This document shows positions 54,697 to 64,000 of a stretch of 64,000 nt of DNA, piece by piece. The translations under genes and the position numbers were made by a program. The notes under the pieces are model-generated. The model was not told the origin of the DNA. It did no database searches and saw nothing but the letters and a program-made list of their open reading frames with translations. The stretch comes from Octopus sinensis (Eukaryota): NCBI RefSeq assembly GCF_006345805.1, contig NC_043002.1, forward strand, positions 26,226,001 to 26,290,000. Reading direction: 5' to 3'. Every line of letters begins with the position of its first letter. Position 1 is the stretch's first letter.

Positions 54697-55209
54697 GCAC
54701 ATGTATGTGTATATATGTCTATGTACACACATCTATAGAGATTTGGAGAAAATTGGGGAGATACGAATCAATATAAAAGAGTATTTTCTTTTTAATCGGT
54801 TAAGCAACACAAGCATACTCAAACATGCACATACGTGTGATGAATATATATATATACATATGCATAAATGAATATATATATATGATATTTGTAGGTATAT
54901 GTTTATACACTCTCACACACCAACACATGCATACACGCGCACACGCACACGTACGGGGGCACGCACGTACACACACATACACGCCCGCGATGACTAATTA
55001 CAGAAAAACCTAGTTGAAGAATCACAGAAGCTTAACGAAGACTATCCTACATATAATTTCTGCTATAAGTTGGCGATTCAATCTTCCTGTTTACTAGTTC
55101 ATAATCGCATTTATTTCTTATTACCTGTATATGAATTTCTGTGGGTAAAGTCAAATTAAATGAATAAGTGAATATGGTCTAGTTAACGATGTCCATATAC
55201 TATACAGTT

Positions 55210-57720
55210 CTATATTTAAGAGATGAGGAATTATTTACGTTATGAACAATATTTACATTTGACGGATATTCGCCCTCATCTTGTTCGTTGTTAACACAAC
55301 GTTTTACACTCCACTACCTGGAATCGAACTCGGAATCTTGGGGTTAGTACCCCGCGCTCTTAACCGCTACGCCGTGGGCAATTATGGAGTGAATTTTAGG
55401 GCTTATAAATCTAATATTCTCCTATCCTTCTTTAATACCGGTTCCCATATGCTGTTCATATCTGCACCAGGTCTACTTAGGTGGTAGTTGTGTCCTAGCA
55501 TATGTGCCGCTTCTTTTAGTTTTCGTATTTTCCAGTGGTGTCCTCTGCCTATTATCTTAACTTCATCCCGCAAGGGGGGAGGGTCTCCATTTTTCCATAC
55601 ACGCTCAGCTATGCCCAAATTTATCAATATCTCCCCGTGTCACAGCTTTGCGATGTTCCTCTACCCTTATTTTGAGGGGGCGGCATGTTTCGCCATTGTA
55701 TAATCTACCACAGCTGCATGGGATAGAGTAAACGCAATTCTTGGTCATATTCTCTTCTGTTGCTTGTTGTACACGAAGGAGATATTTGCAAAGTGTTGCA
55801 TTACTTTTAAATACTGTCCTGATGTCATATGAGCCGCATATCTTTCGTATCTTTACGGAGAAGCCTTTCACATAGGGTAGTTAGACTGTGGACAGTTTAT
55901 CGATTTCATCCTCTCTTTTCTTTATGATTGGAGTGGAGAGTGTGCTTTTGGTGTAGTTGTTGCTTAATAGATTGTTACTGAGCTTGATCATTTGTTCGTG
56001 GTGTGTATTACGATCGCTACTCATATCTATTGCTCGATGTTTTAGGCACTGAGCAATCCCTCTCTTTATTCTGTATGGATGGTGGGAGTTGAAGTTGAGG
56101 TATAATCCAGTGAAGGTCGGCTTGCGGTATACGGATGTCCTGAATCCATACTTGGTGCGTGTTAGTAATACGCCCAGGAAAGCTAGCTGATTGTCTTTCT
56201 TTTTCCATTGTGAACTGTATGGATGGCTTTATTGAGTTCACATGATCTAACTGCAGTTGGATATCTTCCTGGTGGGGCCAGATTATAAAGGTGTCATCAA
56301 CATATCGTAGGCATAGTGTTGGTTTTTGTGGTGTTGATCCTAAAGCCAAATTTTCAAAATTTTCCATGTATATATTGCCTATTACCGGTGATAGTGGCGA
56401 ACCCATAGCGAAAGCCTCCTCTATCGATATATATCAGTGTCCATACTGAAGTAGGTAGCTTCTACACAGAAGGTCAACATTTCTATCAAGTTTTTTATTG
56501 GTATATTAGTGCGTTCTTTTAGATGGGGTCTGTCACTAGTTTTTCTTGAATCACCGATAATGCTTCACCAGTTGGGCCTTTAATGAACAGACTTATCTCA
56601 TCTAGATTCACCATCTTGTTGGATTGAATGAGGGTATCTTTTATCGATTCTTTGAAGTGAGTGGAATTCTTCATGTACAATGTTGACTTTCCTGCTAATG
56701 GACTCATTATATCCATAAGGAAGCGGCTCAGTGGATGACATGCTGAACTTCTGCAGCTCACTATAGCTCTTAATTGAATACCATCCTTATGAATCTTAGA
56801 AAGACCCTACATGTGTAGTTGTTTACTGTAGCGTTGAGTCAGTTGTCTGTACTTCATTGCTGTAAAGTGATGCTTGTTCATGATCAAAATCTGTGACAAC
56901 CACCTCTCTATTTTCAAAGTAGTGTCTTTCCTTACTTTGCCGTAGCTATCATCACTTATAAGACTTGCCAGTTTTTCCGAGTAGTCAGATTTGTTCATCA
57001 CCTCTGTAACATTCCCCATTGTCTGTTGCAAGTATTATGATGGAATTGTCATTCTGTAGTCTTTTGATAGCGAACGTTTCTTCCTTAGTGATGTTTGATT
57101 TGGAAAGTTTCGCTTTTTCTAGTACCCCTTAGTTCATCTCCCTGATCTTTCGGTATCTTTATGGCTATCTCTTCAATAGGGGATATTATGTCCAACTATG
57201 GAATGCGCCTGATGGTTGTCGCAAAGTTGAGGTCTTTGTTTGGTACTGTTTCTTCAGAGCTTTCTAGATGTCGGCAACTTACATTAATTATTGCTTCAGT
57301 CTTCATTCTCTGACCTTTGAGTTTCATAAACTTCTTACTCTTACTTTTCAAATTCTTTCATATACGATTTTTCTAGATCTTATTGGATTCTCTTTCTATC
57401 ATAATCTCTGGTTATTTTTCTAAGTAATGAAGATAACATCTCTTTGATTTCGTTAGTTAGTTGATGTTTGTTCCAACGGTTGTAATGGATGCTCTCGCGG
57501 ACGAGGGCACGTCCTGCCCTTTCCATTACTCTTCTAGCTTTATATGAATCCACTGGTATCATTATATTGAAGCCAGGTGGTATTAGCTTTGAGTCTTTAC
57601 ATCTCCACAGGAAAATTAGATGGTTTGAAAGACGAGCTAATTTTTGATGGAGTTTCTCTATATGTCTCCATTATTATTTACCAGGTCACTGCCTGGAATC
57701 GACCTCGGAATCTTGGGGTT
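55210..57720 (-). mobile_element. Penelope-like retroelement (RT + C-terminal GIY-YIG), decayed, with tRNA-like direct repeats at both ends
   Basis: GSPLSPVIGNIYMENFE, LRYVDDTF, IQFTMEKE and NCVYSIPCSCGRLYNGETCRPLKIRVEEH in successive minus-strand frames over 55403-57600. Confidence 0.93.
55312..55380 (-). other. tRNA-derived (Pol III A/B box) segment just downstream of the PLE stop; partial second copy at 57687-57720
   Basis: Minus strand GGCGTAGCGGTTAAGAGCGCGGGGTACTAACCCCAAGATTCCGAGTTCGATTCCAGG; 55312-55345 and 57687-57720 match at 32 of 34 nt. Confidence 0.8.
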
Positions 57721-58011
57721 TATTTGCATATCAGTGCATTCATAATCTGCGCCTATTGATATTAATTTTCGCTGGCTATTGACAACTTTAATAGTGTAAA
57801 ACTGACATTTTTTGGTAAATAGTTGTATGGCATTTTCACGCCCCTCCTTTCTACATGTCTGTCTCTGCCTTTAGAGTACAATAGTTTGAAAGGGCTGATG
57901 GGCAAGCAATAAGCAGGGGAAACTAGTAATTTTTTCTTTGTTTCACTCTACAGCAAAAGCAGTCTGATTTGGCTGCAAGCTATTTGTACAGTGTACAGCG
58001 ACGATGAATGA

Positions 58012-58170
<159 letters not shown>

Positions 58171-59073
58171 TATCCGTCTGTCTATTTATCTATCTAGCTA
58201 TACACACATACATACACACACACGGCTATATACAAATATATATTGATAACTTAATAACGCTTGCGTTTGAGAAACTTGGCTTCATCGTCATCATCGCTCT
58301 ACGAATATGGAAAGTTTAAATGAGAGAAAGACCAAGCTGATAGTAACGAATTACATAAACCTCAGTGAGTAGTACACTTAATATCGGCTGTATAAGGAGC
58401 ACTGATTAGTGCATCCTACTGTGCATGGAGAACGGCATTAGGCATATTACAGTGCGAGCAGCGATCATGCACATATTTCCTGGTAGCATCACTCTACTTG
58501 GCTAAAAAAGGTAATAGTTTCGGAAGGCGACAAGATAATTTTAAAATCCATTCGATAGCTGTCGACCTCAATGAAGACAGTGTGTAAATTATAATATGAT
58601 ATAGTAAAGTATAGTATAATACAATATGAATATGATATATAATATAAACTATGAATATAGTATTATATAATATAAAATAAGCAATGACTCATTTCCACAC
58701 GCACACTCGCATTATCCTTCCTGTAATTCTTTTTTCTCCCCTTCATTTTCTATCTCTCTCTCTCTCCTTCTTCGTCCTTTACTCACTCTTGTTGCTCACA
58801 CGTGACCATCGTCCATCTTTTTTTCCTCACATGATCATCTTTATTTTCCTTCAGTCGGTCGCACAGACGAGAAGCATTCTTATATGTCACCTCTCTTATC
58901 TTTTCTCTTGTCAAAGAATATTCCTTTAGTGTTCGATACCTTACCTCGTCTGGCCTAACGGCTCTCCATGTTTGTTTCCGTTTGGTTTGTTGTATGTCTC
59001 CACTGTCCTGTTTTTGTTACCAACTTTGACTTTCCGCAAATTTCAAATTTTATTTTGGTTTGCGGGAGCAACT

Positions 59074-59148
59074 GCTTTACGAAACCTCATATTGTCGTTA
59101 ATTGCTCAAAATATGGAGTAGATGAACAACCGACAACTGATGAAGGGT
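59074..59148 (+). ncRNA. Permuted (type II-like) hammerhead motif, degenerate
   Basis: GAAA (59081) CCUCA UA, closed stem I UUGUCG/CGACAA, CUGAUGA (59137-59143), then AGGGU able to pair loosely with upstream GCUUU. Confidence 0.5.
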
Positions 59149-59304
59149 CGTTCTTTATGTTACTTGTCTTGTTTTCCATTTGTTTCTCTCGGTATTCGCA
59201 TACTCGGTATTCGTATTTCATGTTGTTTGGGTTTCGTGACGTCTTGTACCCATATATGCATAAATATATACATATATATGTAAGTATGAACATATATGTA
59301 GGGT

Positions 59305-59351
<47 letters not shown>

Positions 59352-59391
59352 TATATATTTATCAAAAGAAAAACAGGATGCAAAAGATTTA

Positions 59392-59478
59392 GCGGTACAT
59401 ATGTTTCTGGCTTTATTGGACAATTTATATCAATGCATAATTGATTTAACATGTATGTCAATAGCCTTCTTCAGCCGC
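59392..59478 (-). ncRNA. Type I hammerhead, canonical core, long stem II
   Basis: Minus strand: GCGG CUGAAGA A GGCU-AUUG...CAAU-AA-AGCC A GAAA C-AUAU-G UA CCGC; lies ~30 bp from a (TA)n tract. Confidence 0.82.
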
Positions 59479-60621
59479 GTACAATTACCACACCAAAGAC
59501 ATATATTACATTATAGCAGGTTTGAGAAGAGGTTTGGGAAAAAGACGAGTTTCGTTGGGAATGCAAACCCACATAGTCGTATACGGCACAGCGAGACACC
59601 AAAACAAACGTCCATACCGTTTTTTCACTCGGTAAAGGATGAGGAGGTTGGATGTTGAGATAAAGAGGGAAGAAGTGGAAGGGGGTGAATCTTTAATGAA
59701 GTTGGGATCACAAAGAGGAAAAAGTATATGTATAAGTATATGTATAATTCTAAACATGATTATACAGGATAATAGTAAGTGCAAAATGTAATAAAAGAGT
59801 AAAAATATTAAAAAAATAAGTATATAAATATATAAAGATACAAAGGATGTCGTGCGTCGGGTCTAAGGTTATAGAGCTGTATTGTGACAGTGTAGACGTG
59901 AAAAATAACATGGAAATACAAATAAAGATAAAGAAGCGAAAAAATAAAAAATGAAGGTATAAAAAATAAAAAAATAAAAAAGTGGACATAAAGATAAAGT
60001 AAGGTAAGAATAAGGAGATACAGAAATATATATATATATATTATTTATATTATATGATTGAACCCCACGCATCCATTTCCAAGTAAGTTTATGTATGTAT
60101 GTATGTATGTATGTATGTATGTATGTATGTATGTATGTATATATGCATGTATGTATATGTGTGTGTGTAATATCTTTTGTATCGTAATATATTATGAATC
60201 ATTTAGTTGTTGCTTGCTTCGGTGTATCCTCCGGCTATTGGTTTATCAAAGAAGATAACTAACTCAATCAGGAAGCTGCCTGATAAAATGGTTGCCCGAA
60301 GAGACTCCATCGTCATAAAATAATAACAATGAGGTAACGAATACAATCAGAAAGAAATTCGAAACTATGGAAAAATGTCGGTACAAGTAATGCATTAAAT
60401 TATTAACGTTGCTATATTGCTTTTTTACTTAATATGTATATATAATGTAGATGCTCCCTCGTCCACCGCTAACCTATATGTAAATATGCTAATGGATGCC
60501 AAGCCAAATCTACACCTGTAAAAGGCAGGTAAACACTAAAAATAACCAACAATAGAAAAGGTTAAAATATTGATCATACTAATGTCTTCTTGTGAAGACG
60601 CACACCCATGCATAGCACATG

Positions 60622-60665
<44 letters not shown>

Positions 60666-60694
60666 ATATATATATAAATATGTGTGCATGTATA

Positions 60695-60739
<45 letters not shown>

Positions 60740-62107
60740 GTATTTATATGTATTTACATTGACAAACACATACGCAAACACGTTCATGAGTGTCTGTGCT
60801 TGTGTGTGCGCGCGTGTGTATGTAAATAATTTAAAGTTCTTGTCACAAATTATATTTATGCTGAATGTAAAAATATGCATGTGTTAGAATTGCTTTTACT
60901 CGAAAATGCCTATGACCAAAAATTAACTGTATGGTGTTGTTCAATCTGAAATTCTATATTCATAAGTTTGCATCAAATCAGTTCTGTAATAATGAAACAT
61001 GCATCAAAATCATGATTTATTGAAGTTACGTGTAGAAAACAATATTACTTTCTTATTGTTTAGACTTTGATTTCATTTTCAACAGAATAATAACAATTTA
61101 CACATAATTTTGAAAGAAAGAGATTCTCAGCGGACAGCAATTTACGTAGGAAGATATCGTTTAGCGATTAGAAATTATTTTCCAAAACTAAATTGTTCAT
61201 TTGCTGCACTTTTCGAATCACAAAAATCAACATACGAATTATTATCTTATTAGTGATGGTTGAGAAACAGGCTACATTTCACTAGTTCATGGCGTCGTAC
61301 GATTGAATTTAATGAAGCCGCCACCAAATGAAGAAAGTAGATTGGATAGATTTGTGTGCATATTATCTCTTTTTTATGAATTACATTTTGAGAGCATCTG
61401 ATTTCAACAAAAGGGATATATAATTTTCCCAACAGTAAGTTTCAAAATCTTTACCAAAGAAAAAATTAACGAGTTATGCACTTCGAAATCACGGGATTTT
61501 TTTAAAAATAAGGGCTAAAATGCTCTCCAAACATGCATGCCATTTCAGAAAAAAAAACACAAGGACATACTTGATAGCATCGTTTTAGGTAGCCACCAGT
61601 TAACGAAATGGTCGTGGATAGAACAACTTCGACCATACTGTAAGGTTTGACGGGAGATTTAACAACAAAAATAACAGCATTTACATTGGAAACTACTGTG
61701 AGAAGTTTTCATCCAGTAGATGTTTTCTGTAGAAGATCTTACGCAATTCCATACAGCTGTAACTAATTGATATTTAGACAGCATATAAACAAATACTTGG
61801 CCATAGCGTTTTTGACACAAGTGACTTATATTTAAATTATGCAAAAATATTCTTGTTAATGGTCAACTAACAGCTGCCACGAAGTTTTGTGTCAGTATTA
61901 ATTATGATAAATGACGAATTAATGTGGAAAATGGTAGCTATTAGATTAATAGATGCGCATCCACGCACGTGCACAACTACACTACACCCACGTGAAAAAA
62001 CAAACATGCTGAAACATATTCAACTGTATATACACATGTATACAAGCTTTTCTGTATAATATATGTGACTATGTTTATATGTATGTATTGTATATATATA
62101 ATATAAT

Positions 62108-62490
62108 TCAGTCATTTTTTTTACTGTGGCCATGCTCGAGCACCGCCTTTAGTCGAGCAAATCGACTTCAGGACTTATTCTTTGCAAGCCTAGTACTTAT
62201 TCTATCGGTCTCTTTTGCCGAACCCTAAGTTACGGGACGTAAACACACCAGCATCGGTTGTCAAGCGATGTTGGGAGGACAAACACAGACACACAAACAT
62301 ATACACACACATACATATATATATATATATACGACGGGATTCTTTCAGTTTCCGTCTACCAAATCCACTGACAAGGTTTTGGTCGGCCCGAGGCTATAGT
62401 AGAAGACACTTGCAGAAGGTTCCACACAGTGGGACTGAACCCGAAACCTTGTGGTTCGTAAGCAACTACTTACCACATTGCCACTCATGC
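62108..62490 (-). mobile_element. Full-length tRNA-headed SINE with internal microsatellite
   Basis: Minus-strand head TGGCAATGTGGTAAG...GGTTCAGTCCC; body shared with the copies at 2.5, 10.2, 19.6 and 41.0 kb. Confidence 0.88.
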
Positions 62491-64000
62491 GTCTAGAAAT
62501 AAATGTAGGAATAGGAAACTTAGGATCGATATCTGCGCCGGGTAATGCATTGTGTTGTTGAACAAGGCACTCTACTTCACATTGCTTAGTTGAAATCACG
62601 TTCCAAAAGATTGCCGCTACTGCTGCTATCTCTACTTTCAGTTATACATATGCTGAATGTGCCGCTCGGTCAAAATGTCGAGAGTCAAGATGGTGTTTGC
62701 ATCTGCTGCAAAGTTATAGGCACCTAAAAATTAGGGAAAGCGTTGTACATGTTATAAAACAAATTTTGTTCGCGGATGACAGTTAGCTCTCCGCATTTAA
62801 TTATATATAAATATTTGATTTATATTCGTGTCCAGTGCTCGATTACCATACAAATTTTGAAGACTGTTCATAAGTTAATAACATAAGACAATGTCCTGCA
62901 GCGGGAAAGATGGGCAATTTCCTAATGAAATTTAATTGAAAATCCTATGTCACTCTGACAATGATGACAGGCAGCATATCATGTCTTCGTAAAAGCTTTG
63001 TGGCTAAGGAGCCGATGTGGAACCCCTGGTCCTAGTGTTCTACTTAAAATCTACAATGGTGGATGATTTGTTTGTCTGTAGAATTTCAATGAATGGCTTG
63101 CAAATAGCTTAACACGAGTTACAAATGAGGAAATCCCATGTAAATTATCAGTTTGGTTACATATATTTCCCTTTACACAGTGAATTCAATATTGCATGTT
63201 TCTAATTTAGCTGAACTGGTGAACTATACCACATATCAAAAATTAGTGCGGTCTACTATCAATACAACATCGATACCTTGTTTAATAACCTCAAGTACTA
63301 TGCCAATCATTTTCCGGAGAATTTCTTGGATTGATATGTTTAATGGTAATTTTGATTTCTATGTAAACATTATCAGCTTCTTCAACAATATGGTATTTCG
63401 TTGCGTCATCCCTATCGGTTTTCTCTATGTAACACTGATCTATGGTGCTTCAATAATTCATCTGAAGTCAAAATTTGTCTTTCTCCTTAAATTAGGTATG
63501 AGTGATTTCTGTCATACTTGATGTTTAGGTGTTAGATATTTTGGGGTTATTTTCATCGAACCGACATTTATGTCTTTATTGTTTCTTTACTTTCTGAGGC
63601 CCACAATATTAACACATGTTTTTTTTCCTGAAGGCCCAAAGATTGACTCCTGTTTGGAGTTTGTTCATGAATAACCACACAACAGGCTTTCAATAGTTCT
63701 GCATAGAAACACAAATATTGCTGGATTTTGGAGCAATACAATTTTCAACAGTCACATAATTTTGTACTATTGCGTTTAAACTTTTTTCCTACAAACTAAC
63801 AAGTTACAATGTCATGTCTTCTTAATTTCATATACGCATGGTGAATAGGTAACGGCCAATCATGTGACCTTATTGATTGCCAACGTATTCTATATTTTAC
63901 GAATTTAAGAAAATTGGTGAGCTCCAATACTGCTTACTCTGTAAAAGGAAAAGGCATTAAATCACAATAAGATACTTTTCGTAGTATTTTCTACCTTGAA

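Noticed and set aside
55312-55380. Functional tRNA gene
   Set aside because: Acceptor and T stems are imperfect and it is embedded in a PLE end; treated as tRNA-derived.
62650-63950. Possible Sola-like transposase remnant on the minus strand (HK..LRRHDMLP) and the 122 aa + strand ORF 63153-63521
   Set aside because: Single weak motif with no TIR identified; the + strand ORF has no recognisable features.

Overview
AT-rich, microsatellite-saturated animal DNA with no recognisable host gene, probably intergenic or deep intronic. The SINE types and the (TA)n/(ATGT)n/(ATCT)n/(AAT)n load suggest a coleoid cephalopod such as Octopus (inference, not searched). The window is a transposon graveyard: several Tc1/mariner/maT remnants with TIRs, a near-full-length frameshifted R4/Dong LINE (about 30.6-34.6 kb) with many 5'-truncated relatives in (AAT)n tracts, a decayed Penelope-like element (RT + GIY-YIG, 55.3-57.7 kb) flanked by direct tRNA-like repeats, tRNA-derived SINEs and a Helentron-like non-autonomous element. 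The most interesting signal is non-coding. At least six sequence-distinct short elements in or beside (TA)n tracts carry minimal hammerhead-ribozyme folds. Their cores include canonical C3-G8 (CUGAUGA/CUGAAGA), compensatory U3-A8 (UUGAUAA), compensatory G3-C8 (GUGAACA), a CUGUNGA variant and a permuted type II-like form. Several show tandem or inverted Penelope/retrozyme-like architecture. A non-autonomous RTE-like element also carries a degenerate HDV-like ribozyme at its 5' end. All folds were read by eye; none is shown to be active.
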